Shown here piece by piece: positions 17,618-27,239 of a stretch of DNA of 44,442 bases; positions within the stretch are counted from its first letter, which is position 1, and each line of letters starts with the position of its first letter. The translations under genes were made by a program, and so were the position numbers. The DNA is taken from positions 1-44,442 of IMG/VR virus record IMGVR_UViG_3300032332_002014; one strand, written 5' to 3'. The DNA is from a virus (lineage: Duplodnaviria > Caudoviricetes). The notes below the pieces were generated by a model that was given only the letters and a program-made list of their open reading frames with translations, was not told where the DNA came from and searched no databases.

Positions 17618-19394
17618 AGCATTATCTATACGTAATTTTTTATCGGTAGGGGAAACACCCGTTGTAATTAATTTTCAAACCGGTGTAAACGTTATTACCG
17701 GAACCAATTACGATAAAGAGGATTCAAAAAACGGTGTCGGAAAGTCTACTATAGCTGATGCTTTGTACTTTGCTTTGTTCGGAACAACTATTAGAGAGCT
17801 TTCCAAAGACTTAATAGTCAATTCTTTCACAAAGAAAAAATGCGAAGTAGTACTAGATATTGATATTGAAAACGGAAACGGTTTGTCCCAGTACCGTATC
17901 ACAAGAACTATTAATCCTACTAAGTGTCATATGACTAAGAACGGGGAAGACGTAACCCGTTCCACGATGGCTAAGACGAATGAGTATATTCAAAAGCTCA
18001 TTATGTCTAATGGCAAAATCTTTCAAAATTCTGTTATTATGACTATCAATAACACTGTGCCCTTTATGGCTCAGTCTAAAATTGATAAAAGAAAATTTAT
18101 CGAAAGTATTCTTAGTCTTGAAATCTTCTCTGATATGTTGTCAAAAGCTCGAGAAGAGCACAACGTGCTTAAAAAAGACTACGAGGTACTTTTTACTAAA
18201 ATCGAGGGTATTGAAAAAGGTTACAAGTTTAATAAAGAACAGCTCGACGCTTTTGAAGAAAACAAAAGACAAAAAATTGAAGCACTTGTAAAACGTATTG
18301 AAGAGAATAAACAAAAGATTGAAGACCTTAAAAAAGAAATTAAAAAGCTTCCTGATGATGTCATTGAAAAGCTCAATACAAAAGAAGAACAAATTAATAA
18401 CGAGCTAAAACAAATACGAGAACTTTATAAGGCTGCTTATAATAACTTAGCTGATGTTAAGAGTAAGATTAGTCATGCTGAAGGTCAGCTAAAAGAAATC
18501 GACAAAGTCGGTGCTATTTGTACAACCTGCAAAAGAGCGTACTCTGAAGACGATCTTAAACATAAAGAAGCTAATAAAAAAGAACTTAATAATAAATTAA
18601 AAGATCTTAATAAAGTACTTGATATAGCTCAAAAAGCTCTCGATAAGATTAATACTGATCAGGCTAAAAAAGAAAAAGAACTTAAAGATATTCAGGATAA
18701 GAAAAATGTCGTAAGAGATGTTATAAACAGTAATAACAACACTAGTACAAAGATAACCCTTATTGAAGAAAATATTCAAAGTCTCTTAAAAGAAATTGAG
18801 CAGGTTAAAAATGAAACTAATAAAGCTCTAGAAGAGGTAGTAAAAGACTTAGAAGAGAAACTCAAAACAGGTAAACAAGAACTAGAAAAACTAGATCATG
18901 ATTGCTCAGTTCTCGAAGTAGTTAGGTTTGTTGTATCTGAAGAAGGAGTTAAATCATACATTGTTAAAAAAATCTTAGCTGTGCTTAATGGCAGAATGGC
19001 TTATTACCTAGATAAACTTCATGCTAATTGTTTGTGTCAGTTTAATGAATTCTTTGATGAGTTAATCACGGATGAAAAAAGTGAACAAAAGTCATACTTT
19101 AACTTCTCAGGTGGTGAAAGAAAAAGAATTGACCTAGCTTGTTTATTTTCATTCTTAGATATTCGTAGAATGCAAGGGGATGTACATTTCTCTACTATTT
19201 TTTACGATGAACTGTTAGACTCTTCTTTAGATGATAAAGGTGTAGAGCTTGTTTTAGACGTCTTAAGAGAGCGCGCCCAGATGTATAATGAAAACTGCTA
19301 CATTATTACACACCGTGGTACCACAATCACAGAAAAAATAGATAACACAGTTTTTCTGGAAAAGCGCAACAATTTCACTTATTTATTATCATAA
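17598..19394 (+). CDS. 46: recombination endonuclease ATPase subunit gp46 (Rad50/SbcC-like)
   Basis: RNFLSVG, NGVGKST, coiled coil with a CTTC zinc hook, FSGGE and DELLDSSLD. Confidence 0.95.
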   Translation: MRLVSFKALSIRNFLSVGETPVVINFQTGVNVITGTNYDKEDSKNGVGKSTIADALYFALFGTTIRELSKDLIVNSFTKKKCEVVLDIDIENGNGLSQYRITRTINPTKCHMTKNGEDVTRSTMAKTNEYIQKLIMSNGKIFQNSVIMTINNTVPFMAQSKIDKRKFIESILSLEIFSDMLSKAREEHNVLKKDYEVLFTKIEGIEKGYKFNKEQLDAFEENKRQKIEALVKRIEENKQKIEDLKKEIKKLPDDVIEKLNTKEEQINNELKQIRELYKAAYNNLADVKSKISHAEGQLKEIDKVGAICTTCKRAYSEDDLKHKEANKKELNNKLKDLNKVLDIAQKALDKINTDQAKKEKELKDIQDKKNVVRDVINSNNNTSTKITLIEENIQSLLKEIEQVKNETNKALEEVVKDLEEKLKTGKQELEKLDHDCSVLEVVRFVVSEEGVKSYIVKKILAVLNGRMAYYLDKLHANCLCQFNEFFDELITDEKSEQKSYFNFSGGERKRIDLACLFSFLDIRRMQGDVHFSTIFYDELLDSSLDDKGVELVLDVLRERAQMYNENCYIITHRGTTITEKIDNTVFLEKRNNFTYLLS

Positions 19395-19398
19395 CCTT

Positions 19399-20658
19399 AT
19401 GTCTCAGTTCATTGTTCAACAATCCGGTATCCCCAACTTAATGGGAGCTCCAATTGGGTTACCACCCTTTATTCCTACAACAACACAGGTACTACCTGTT
19501 AGAGGAGGAACCGAGTTACCACCACCTGAAATTCCTGGGCAAGGTCTTCCAAGAGCTATTAACTATCTTGCTGACTATGGAGGCTGTTCGTGGTATCGCT
19601 GCATGGCACCGAACTTAATGCTCAATCTATATCAGAAGGCCGTAATGCTAGAACTAACCACAATGGTTCTTGACCCGAGATTTTATGCTGGTGTTAAAGC
19701 AGTTAAAATTCAACGTCAAGCAACTCCTATTCAAAGAGACTTCGTTAAGATGCTTAAAGAGATTTCTCGTCAAATGCCTGATGGAGGGTTTAAGCTTATT
19801 TACGAAATTGATGATATTGTTTTTAGAGAAGATATACCAGATTTCAATAGAAATAAAGACGCTTTCGTTGCAGATGAAATCCGCAATTCGATTTTAGAAA
19901 TTCTCGATATGTGTGATGAAATTACAGTAACCTGTGATTTCATGAGAGATTATTTTAATGAAAAAACTGGCACTAAAAAAGCTACAGTTATTCCAAATTA
20001 CTTACTTAAGTGGTGGTTTGATAGATATTATAATCTCGGAGATCTGGTTAAAAACTTTGAGAAAAACAAAAAGAAACCAGTTGTATCTATTTTTGCTTCA
20101 GGTACACATGTTGATGTCACCAATCGCACAAATCAAAATGATGATTTTGCAAAAGTGGTTCCTGCTATTATTAAATCTCGTAAAGACTTTAAGTATCAGT
20201 TCTATGGCTGTTACCCTTTACCCTTAAAACCGTTTATTGATAGAGGAGAAATTATCTTTAAAGAGTGGACTCCTCTTCCTGAGTTCCCCGGAGCTATGGC
20301 TGAATCCGGTACACAATTAACTTTTGCTGCTCTACAAGACAATAACTTCAACCGCGCTAAGAGTAATATTAAGCTACTCGAAGCCGCCGCACTAGGTATT
20401 CCTTGTGTGTGCCCAGATATGTGTACATACAAGGATGCCTTCTTAAAATACAATACTGCAGATGAGTTTATTGATTGTATTAAAACTGCTACTAAGAATC
20501 AGTCTGTTTATGCTGATCTTTGTAAGAAGTCTAGAGCATATGCCGATAACTTCTGGTTGGAAGATGAAAAGAATCTTATGAAGCATCATGAGGCTTATTT
20601 TACCCCTTACGGATCCCCAGATCGGAAATATTTGCTTGAGACTAATCCCAAGTCATAA
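19399..20658 (+). CDS. GT-B fold glycosyltransferase adjacent to the DNA polymerase
   Basis: DYGGCSWYR, IQRQ, YEIDD, VIPNYL and FNRAKSNIKLLEAAALGIP motifs. Pro-rich N-terminus. Confidence 0.8.
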   Translation: MSQFIVQQSGIPNLMGAPIGLPPFIPTTTQVLPVRGGTELPPPEIPGQGLPRAINYLADYGGCSWYRCMAPNLMLNLYQKAVMLELTTMVLDPRFYAGVKAVKIQRQATPIQRDFVKMLKEISRQMPDGGFKLIYEIDDIVFREDIPDFNRNKDAFVADEIRNSILEILDMCDEITVTCDFMRDYFNEKTGTKKATVIPNYLLKWWFDRYYNLGDLVKNFEKNKKKPVVSIFASGTHVDVTNRTNQNDDFAKVVPAIIKSRKDFKYQFYGCYPLPLKPFIDRGEIIFKEWTPLPEFPGAMAESGTQLTFAALQDNNFNRAKSNIKLLEAAALGIPCVCPDMCTYKDAFLKYNTADEFIDCIKTATKNQSVYADLCKKSRAYADNFWLEDEKNLMKHHEAYFTPYGSPDRKYLLETNPKS

Positions 20659-20664
20659 TACAAT
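20636..20664 (+). promoter_or_regulatory. sigma70-like promoter for gp43
   Basis: TTGAGA-17-TACAAT, 8 nt before the GTG start. Confidence 0.55.
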
Positions 20665-20672
20665 AGGTCTTA

Positions 20673-23219
20673 GTGTATAGGAACGCATCATATAACCCAC
20701 GAGAGGGTACTGTATATCTTAGAACCTGGACTGAGGACGGAAACCGGATTGATACCGAGGTTCCCTTCACACCTTATCTTTTTACGGAACATAAGGACTC
20801 AAAAGATGCAGTATCTATTTTTAAGTCACCTCTTAAGAAGCATTACTTTAAAAATACGTTTGAACGTACTAAGTTTGTACAAGAAACTAAGAATCCAAGA
20901 TTGTTTGGTAACTTATCCGTTGATCAGCAATTCTTAGTTGACCGGTTTAAAGAAGAAGTTCATAAACCAGAATTCAGTCAGTTTCCACTCAAAGTCTTTT
21001 TTATTGACATTGAAACGTATTCCCCTGGGGCTTTCCCTATACCAAAGTACGCTAAAGATCCGGTCAATCTTATAACAGTACTTGATACACTTAGTGGTAA
21101 AATTCATACCTGGGGTCTGAGAGAAGACTACAAACCTAAACTTGACAACGTTACATATTATTGTTGTAAAACAGAAGGTGAGTTGTTTGAGAGGTTTGTT
21201 AATTTTTGGAAGAAGGATCCGCCTGACATCTTAACGGGCTGGAATACCGAACAGTTCGACATTCCCTATATTATTAACCGAGCTAAGAACTTGCTCGGAG
21301 AAGACTTCATTAAACAGCTCTCACCTGTCGGTCAGGTACATTACAGAGAAAACTTTGCTAAGTTTGGTAAGGAGATGGGTAGGTGGTATATTTCCGGTAT
21401 TAGCTGCTTGGACTACATGGAAATCTATAAAACCTACTCTAAAGGCGATAGAGAGTCCTTCTCTTTAAACTACATTTGTGAATATGAACTCGGTGAAGGT
21501 AAGCTAGCTATCAACGCTACTAACCTTTCTTCTCTATCTGAAACAGACTGGGAAAACTTTGTAGACTACAATATTCAAGACGTTGACTTGCTTCGTAAAC
21601 TCGAAGAAAAGCTCAACTACCTAAAAATTATTCGCTTGCTGTCTTATAAAGGTTGCACAAACTTTGAAAGAGCTTTAGGAAAGGTATCGATCGTAACTGG
21701 AGCTATGACACTTCAGGCACAAAAACAGGGGTATATTATCCCTACCTTCAAGAATGAAACTGATAGAGAATCTCTAGAGGGTGGTTACGTACGAGATCCT
21801 GAAAGAGGTCTTAAAGAGGCTATTGTATCTTTTGACGTTAACTCTCTATACCCAAACACTATTATTACTCTTAATATCGGTTCTGAAACTAAGCTAGGTA
21901 AAATTGTAACAGGGGATCCTGAATACGATAATGAAGTGGAAATTAAACTTGAATCTGGTGGCATGTTTAAAGTTACTACCGCTAAACTTAAAAAGTTCTT
22001 AACTGACGAAAATGTAGCATTGTCAAAAGCTGGCGTTTTATACTCACAAAAGTTTAAAGGTGTCTGTCCTAATTTGATTAATAGCATTTATGATGAGCGC
22101 GTATATGCACGTAACGAAATGCTTAAACTAAAAAAGACAAAGCAAAAAGATAAAGATACTATTGGGAAGATTCAGTACTTTGATACTCTACAATACACGC
22201 TAAAGATTCTTCTCAACTCCATCTACGGTACGTTTGCTAACAAGCATTCAGCGTTTATGGATATTGATAACGCCTCGTCTATTACTCTAACTGGTCAGGC
22301 TGTTGCTAAAGCAGGTGGTGCTATTATCGATGCTTGGGCTAAGGAAAAGTTTGGTGTTACAGAGTCTCTTATTTTAGCCGGAGATACTGACTCTCTATAT
22401 ACAACAATTCAGCCAATTCTAGATAAGCTTAAACTCCCACTTGTTAAAGACGGTAATGTAACTGCAGAAGCTCATAAGATTGTTGATGCAATGGAAAAGC
22501 ATCTCAATATTGAAATTATTAATTGGGCTAAATCTGATCTTAATTCTGCTGATCCTCGATTTGTCTTTAAACGAGAAGCTATCGCTGATGTAGGTTCATT
22601 CTTAATGAAGAAGCGTTATATTCTTCATATTTTGGATGAAGAGGGCGTTCCTATTAGTAAATTTAAATATGTAGGTGTTGAACTGGCTCGTTCAACAACC
22701 CCTAAGGAGGTAAAGGCCTTGATTAAGAAAACTATTGATACAGCTTTCTTAACTAAAGACGTCAAAAAGACTAATGAGATATTTCGAGAAGCTTACGATC
22801 ACTTTAAGACTCTAGATATATCAGAGGCAGCTTTTCGTAAAGCGGCTAAAGAACTTGAGAAATACTCTGCCGATGCTTCTTTACATAAATTCAATAAAGG
22901 TACACCGTGTCACGTTAAGGCAGCTCTAGCTTACAATTTTCTTCTCGAGAAAATGAATATACAGAAAAAGTATGAAAAGATTACCTCTGGACAGAAAATT
23001 AAGTTCTTTTATGCTATGAAGAACCCTTACGGTTTAGATGCCGTAGGATTTAGTAGCGAGTACCCAAAAGAGTTTCACGAGATTAAGATTGACTACGATA
23101 AGATGTTCGGTAAAATTGTTGTACCGCCTATCGAAGCTGTCTATGATGCAATTGGATGGAGAATACCTCGAATTGGTAAAGAAGTTCAAACAGATTTATT
23201 TGATTTATTTGGAGATTGA
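20673..23219 (+). CDS. 43: family B DNA polymerase gp43
   Basis: Exonuclease motifs DIET, GWN..FDIPY and YNIQD; polymerase motifs SFDVNSLYP, KILLNSIYG, GDTDS and KKRY. Confidence 0.97.
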   Translation: MYRNASYNPREGTVYLRTWTEDGNRIDTEVPFTPYLFTEHKDSKDAVSIFKSPLKKHYFKNTFERTKFVQETKNPRLFGNLSVDQQFLVDRFKEEVHKPEFSQFPLKVFFIDIETYSPGAFPIPKYAKDPVNLITVLDTLSGKIHTWGLREDYKPKLDNVTYYCCKTEGELFERFVNFWKKDPPDILTGWNTEQFDIPYIINRAKNLLGEDFIKQLSPVGQVHYRENFAKFGKEMGRWYISGISCLDYMEIYKTYSKGDRESFSLNYICEYELGEGKLAINATNLSSLSETDWENFVDYNIQDVDLLRKLEEKLNYLKIIRLLSYKGCTNFERALGKVSIVTGAMTLQAQKQGYIIPTFKNETDRESLEGGYVRDPERGLKEAIVSFDVNSLYPNTIITLNIGSETKLGKIVTGDPEYDNEVEIKLESGGMFKVTTAKLKKFLTDENVALSKAGVLYSQKFKGVCPNLINSIYDERVYARNEMLKLKKTKQKDKDTIGKIQYFDTLQYTLKILLNSIYGTFANKHSAFMDIDNASSITLTGQAVAKAGGAIIDAWAKEKFGVTESLILAGDTDSLYTTIQPILDKLKLPLVKDGNVTAEAHKIVDAMEKHLNIEIINWAKSDLNSADPRFVFKREAIADVGSFLMKKRYILHILDEEGVPISKFKYVGVELARSTTPKEVKALIKKTIDTAFLTKDVKKTNEIFREAYDHFKTLDISEAAFRKAAKELEKYSADASLHKFNKGTPCHVKAALAYNFLLEKMNIQKKYEKITSGQKIKFFYAMKNPYGLDAVGFSSEYPKEFHEIKIDYDKMFGKIVVPPIEAVYDAIGWRIPRIGKEVQTDLFDLFGD

Positions 23220-23227
23220 TTTATTAT
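23200..23227 (+). promoter_or_regulatory. sigma70-like promoter for the modification cassette
   Basis: TTGATT-16-TATTAT, 7 nt before the ATG at 23235. Confidence 0.45.
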
Positions 23228-23234
23228 TTTAACT

Positions 23235-24065
23235 ATGCTTATCTCACACGAAACACCCGTATCGTTACTTCCTTACTCCTGGAGCTATAATGACTATGAT
23301 TATTGTTTAGTACACTTACTTCCTGAGAATCAAAAGTACAAAGACTTTTATTTTAAATCCGTTGAGCATGGACGTAGAGTACTTTTAGATAATTCTATTT
23401 TTGAGCTAGGCACAGCATTTGATCCAGATCAGTTTGCATATTGGGTTAAAGAGCTTAAACCCTACGAGTACGTTATCCCGGATGTATTAGAAGATGTCAC
23501 TAATACTTGCATGTCTTTAAATAACTTCTTAACAAAGTATCCTGATTTACCTGGTCGTAAGATAGGTGTTGTTCAAGGTAAGTCATATCAAGATATTGTT
23601 GATTGTTATAAGTATGTAGCGCCAAGAGTAGATAAAGTAGCTATTTCTTTTGACTACTCTTATTATCTTGACAATTACGTTTATGGGGATCTTAACTTAC
23701 CAGGTTATATTAATAAGCTTGAAGAAAACAAGTGGTTTAAGTATGCTTTAGGCCGGGTCAAGCTGTTAAATGATCTTTACAATGATGACGTTCTAGATGT
23801 TGAAAAACCACATCATCTTCTTGGGTGTAGTGTTCCTTGGGAGTTTGCCCTTTATAAGGATAACGATCTTGCAGAGTATATTGAAACTATTGATACGTCT
23901 AACCCTATTGTTGCAGGTATCTTAGGTAAAAAATACGAACCTAAATACGGTCTATCAGAAAAGTGGTCGGTTAAGCTTATTGACTTTATTGATGCTGAAT
24001 TAACTGAGCAGCAAATTGCTGATTCATTTTATAACGTAACGCAATTTAGACAGTTTTGCCGATGA
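23235..24065 (+). CDS. dpdA: TGT-fold guanine transglycosylase-like protein (DpdA3-like)
   Basis: TIM-barrel TGT-like motif order: LLDNSIFELG, VIPDV, GVVQG, HHLLGC, TIDTSNP. Co-located with QueF and the formyltransferase. The subfamily call is by inference. Confidence 0.7.
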   Translation: MLISHETPVSLLPYSWSYNDYDYCLVHLLPENQKYKDFYFKSVEHGRRVLLDNSIFELGTAFDPDQFAYWVKELKPYEYVIPDVLEDVTNTCMSLNNFLTKYPDLPGRKIGVVQGKSYQDIVDCYKYVAPRVDKVAISFDYSYYLDNYVYGDLNLPGYINKLEENKWFKYALGRVKLLNDLYNDDVLDVEKPHHLLGCSVPWEFALYKDNDLAEYIETIDTSNPIVAGILGKKYEPKYGLSEKWSVKLIDFIDAELTEQQIADSFYNVTQFRQFCR

Positions 24066-24595
24066 GACCTTGGGTAACACTATTCAGTCAGACAGGTTCT
24101 GATATTTATAATGTATCTAAGGTTCTTAAAAAAGCTCCCGACATCATTGTAACGAATAAGTCTATTGAAAAGATTGAAACTATTAATCTGGACTTACTCG
24201 ATAAGTTTTTTGATCGTATTGTATTTTTACCTAATAAACCTACAATTGAGGAGTATTTAGTGGCTATACCTGATGATTCTTTAGTAACACTGCACGGTTG
24301 GTTACGAATAGTACCTCCTGAGATATGTGATAAGTTTGAAATTTATAATTTACATCCTGCACCTTTATCTAAGTATGAGTTTCTAAAAGGTAAAGATCCT
24401 CAAATAAAAACATTCAATATGAGATTAGAATACTCAGGTAATACAATACATAAATGTATACCTGAGTTAGATGCCGGTGAAATATTAGCAGAAAATTACT
24501 TTAAAGTTAAAGGTTATACTTTAGATCAAATATTTGAAGAGACTCATAGAGAAGCTTCAAAATTATGGTGTCAATTTTTAAAAGATAGATTATAA
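24056..24595 (+). CDS. dpdN: PurN-like formyltransferase (DpdN-like preQ1 formyltransferase)
   Basis: LFSQTGS, HGWLRIV, catalytic NLHP, GNTIH and ELDAGEI motifs. The start may be 24062. Confidence 0.75.
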   Translation: MPMRPWVTLFSQTGSDIYNVSKVLKKAPDIIVTNKSIEKIETINLDLLDKFFDRIVFLPNKPTIEEYLVAIPDDSLVTLHGWLRIVPPEICDKFEIYNLHPAPLSKYEFLKGKDPQIKTFNMRLEYSGNTIHKCIPELDAGEILAENYFKVKGYTLDQIFEETHREASKLWCQFLKDRL

Positions 24596-24604
24596 TAGAG
24601 AGAT

Positions 24605-25153
24605 ATGAGAGTATCATTTACAGGGGCTCAGAGTACTGGTAAGACTACTTTGTTAAATGAGTGTAAGTTAATTTACAAAGATTATAAATTTGTAGATGAA
24701 GTGACTCGTTATGTTCGTAAGTCTTATGATGTAAAGATTAATGAAGCGGGTGGATCTGAGACTCAATTGTATATTTTAGCTGAGCATATTAAGAATCATT
24801 TAAGAACTGAAGAAAATCTAATTTTAGATAGATGTATTCTAGACGGATATGTTTATACAAAGTATCAAGTCGATAATAGAAAAGTAAATCATAGTGTACT
24901 AGAAGCTTTTAATGCCGTATTTAGTACTTTGTTTAATAAACTGGATTTGGTTTTTTATACAGATCCTTCTGACGTTAAGTTAGTTGATGACGGTGAGAGA
25001 AGTACTGATAAAGACTTTAGAGCAGATATTATTGATATTTTTGAAGATTTAATTGGTTATAAAATGTCTCCTGAGAATAGAAAAAAGGTAGTAAGACTTA
25101 CAGGTTCTGTAGAAGAGAGAATGAAAACTATTAAAAAATATTTAAAACAATGA
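24605..25153 (+). CDS. P-loop nucleotide (dNMP-type/AAA_28-like) kinase
   Basis: FTGAQSTGKTT, LILDRCILD, DLVFY and DDGER motifs. Confidence 0.75.
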   Translation: MRVSFTGAQSTGKTTLLNECKLIYKDYKFVDEVTRYVRKSYDVKINEAGGSETQLYILAEHIKNHLRTEENLILDRCILDGYVYTKYQVDNRKVNHSVLEAFNAVFSTLFNKLDLVFYTDPSDVKLVDDGERSTDKDFRADIIDIFEDLIGYKMSPENRKKVVRLTGSVEERMKTIKKYLKQ

Positions 25154-26094
25154 GTACAAACCTATCAGATATTGCATCTAAAACGCTTGGTTCATCTGCA
25201 TCTTATGCAGTCTATACTGATCAATTTGACCCGTCACTTCTTAATCCTTTGCCTCGTAAGTTAGCACGAGACGGTTGGGACATTAAGGGAGATGAATTTG
25301 TTGGCTATGACACTTGGCACTGCCATGAAGCTACTTTTATTCTTAATAACGGTGCACCTATTGCCGGTACATTAAAGTATACCTATTCTTCTGACTCAGA
25401 ATTTATGGTTGAATCTAAATCAGCTAAACTTTACTTGAATACATTCGATATGTGTAAGATGGGCGCTACTGTTGATGACGCTATTCTTAACTATGAGCAG
25501 CAAGTTAAGACTGACCTTGAACAAGCTCTGAAGACAAGTGTTGATGTAAAATTCTTTAAATCCGGAGATGATATTAACGAGATATTTCCAATGACTAGTT
25601 ATATAGATCTTCAAAACTTCTTAGGTAAGAATATAGAAAATATTGAAATTACTGATTACAATGCTGAACGTAATCACCTAGAATTTGAAAAAGTTAATTT
25701 CTCTGGATATGGATACTCTATAAAAGATAATAAAGCTCTTTATGCTAATAGATTTTTTACAAATGCCCTAAGATCTCGATGCCGTCATACAAAACAGAAA
25801 GATACTGGTGCAGCCTACATTTCAATCAACACACTTGATTCTGTTATTAAACCAGAATCCCTCTTTAAACAGATTGTTTCCTTAAGAGAGGTTAACGAGT
25901 TTCATGAATTTTGTGCTGAAAAGCTTTATACCGAGATTATGAAATGCCCGGAGGTTGATTCGTGTTGTGTTACACTGCTTTACTCTCGCCGCGGCTCTCT
26001 CGATATTAACCCGACAAGAGCTACCTCATATGATTTACTACCGCCTGTGCTTATTAATTCAAAATATTACACTAAAAAAGCAATGGGCCAGTAG
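25150..26094 (+). CDS. queF: NADPH-dependent preQ0 nitrile reductase QueF (bimodular type)
   Basis: QueF motif VESKSAKLYLN, catalytic C-x6-D (CRHTKQKD), FHE and YSRRGSLDINP. Confidence 0.9.
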   Translation: MSTNLSDIASKTLGSSASYAVYTDQFDPSLLNPLPRKLARDGWDIKGDEFVGYDTWHCHEATFILNNGAPIAGTLKYTYSSDSEFMVESKSAKLYLNTFDMCKMGATVDDAILNYEQQVKTDLEQALKTSVDVKFFKSGDDINEIFPMTSYIDLQNFLGKNIENIEITDYNAERNHLEFEKVNFSGYGYSIKDNKALYANRFFTNALRSRCRHTKQKDTGAAYISINTLDSVIKPESLFKQIVSLREVNEFHEFCAEKLYTEIMKCPEVDSCCVTLLYSRRGSLDINPTRATSYDLLPPVLINSKYYTKKAMGQ

Positions 26095-26129
26095 AACTTT
26101 TAAAATAACAAATATAAATTATAAACATT

Positions 26130-26504
26130 ATGGCAAACACAGAAAATAAAATCGTAGTATTCTTCGACGCTGTCGGTAGAACAATCCTTGGTGAAAAAGT
26201 TGACGAAAAAACAACTGATAAAGTTCTTTCAATTAAGAACCCAGCTGTTGTTCATATTATGCCTAACCAGCAAACCGGTCAACTACAGCTTCAAATTCTT
26301 CCTTTGTTTTTCAAAGAGTTTTTGGCTGATAAAGACACCGGTACAGTTTGGAATTACAGCCGTGCAAATATTACCGAAGCTGTTGATGTTACTTTTGACT
26401 TCAAGCTTGAAGCTCAATACCGTCAAATCTTTGCAGCAGGTCCAGCACCAGCCCCTCAGCAGCCACAAGGCTCACCTGAAGTTATTCGCTTGTTCGATGA
26501 ATAG
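26130..26504 (+). CDS. hypothetical protein (small, beta-rich)
   Basis: 124-aa ORF with core-gene-like codon usage and a Pro/Gln-rich C-terminus. Confidence 0.7.
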   Translation: MANTENKIVVFFDAVGRTILGEKVDEKTTDKVLSIKNPAVVHIMPNQQTGQLQLQILPLFFKEFLADKDTGTVWNYSRANITEAVDVTFDFKLEAQYRQIFAAGPAPAPQQPQGSPEVIRLFDE

Positions 26505-27148
26505 TTAGTATATCTTTTTAAAAGCATTTTACTTTTATTTTTCACTAAACTACAAATAGGATCAATAGTGCATCCTAATGCTTTACTTGCTTCAGTAGCA
26601 GAGTTATAATATAAGATATTTCCAGTAACGGTATCTAACAATTTTATTTTCAAGCTGTGAGACGGTTTACAACCTTTTTTAGCTTTGCTGATTGCTAAAC
26701 AATGTTCAGGGCTCTTTTTAACCCCCTTCATCGCTTTACTGACACCTTCCCCTCTACGTTTTACTAACGCTTTAGAAGGCTTTGGATATTTTTTACCTAA
26801 ATTAGCTCCTCCATTGCCACCTGTACCTTGAAGCTTTATATTATAGCCATTTTTAATAGTATTAAATTTTTGAATATAAAATTCTTCTCTTTTTCGACAA
26901 TCATTAACACTTGTGTTTATTACTTCTAATACTTCAAATACAAAATTTTGCACTCCATATTTGTTAAAAGCATTAGTAAGTTTTTTATTATAGTATGTAT
27001 GTTTATGTTTTGCGTATTGATTAAATCTTACCCAAAAGCCTTTACCGCATTTTCGAAATGTACTGCCAATATAGACTTTGTTACTCAGTAAGTTTTTAAT
27101 TTGATAAACGCCATTATTGTATCTATAATTTTCGTTAATAAATTGCAT
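26456..27148 (-). mobile_element. free-standing GIY-YIG (Seg-like) homing endonuclease with NUMOD-type DNA-binding tail
   Basis: GVYQIKNLLSNKVYIGS, YGVQNFVFEVLE, RE..YI and NGYN motifs; KSPEHCLAISKAKKG (NUMOD3-like); YNSATEASKALG (NUMOD1/HTH-like). Lies antisense to its neighbours. Confidence 0.88.
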
Positions 27149-27206
27149 AATATTATTTATTCTACTATGAATAGTTTTTTAACTTCAGGACTAATGAATA
27201 GTAAGT
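26497..27206. repeat. short direct repeats flanking the homing endonuclease cassette
   Basis: ATGAATAGTTAGT at 26497-26509 and ATGAATAGTAAGT at 27194-27206, with a third ATGAATAGTT at 27167-27176. Confidence 0.6.
27154..27159 (-). promoter_or_regulatory. late promoter core TAAATA for the homing endonuclease
   Basis: The minus strand reads aataaataatattATG (5-nt gap). Confidence 0.55.
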
Positions 27207-27233
27207 TGCATTCCCTAAAGGTTCCTACACAAT
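27206..27233 (+). promoter_or_regulatory. sigma70-like promoter for uvsX
   Basis: TTGCAT-16-CACAAT, 6 nt before the ATG. Confidence 0.4.
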
Positions 27234-27239
27234 AGAGGT

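Noticed and set aside
22375-22395. Polymerase motif C reads AGDTDS rather than YGDTDS, as a possible adaptation to a modified dGTP
   Set aside because: Non-Tyr variants at this position occur in other T4-like phage polymerases, so it is not diagnostic without an alignment.
24056-24595. PurN as a purine-biosynthesis auxiliary metabolic gene
   Set aside because: No other pur genes are present, and it is embedded between a TGT-fold gene and queF, so a preQ1 formyltransferase role fits better.
23235-26094. tRNA queuosine biosynthesis
   Set aside because: No QueA/QueG/QueH or tRNA genes are in the window, the TGT-fold protein is short and lacks the Cys/His zinc site of bacterial TGT, and the context is DNA replication.
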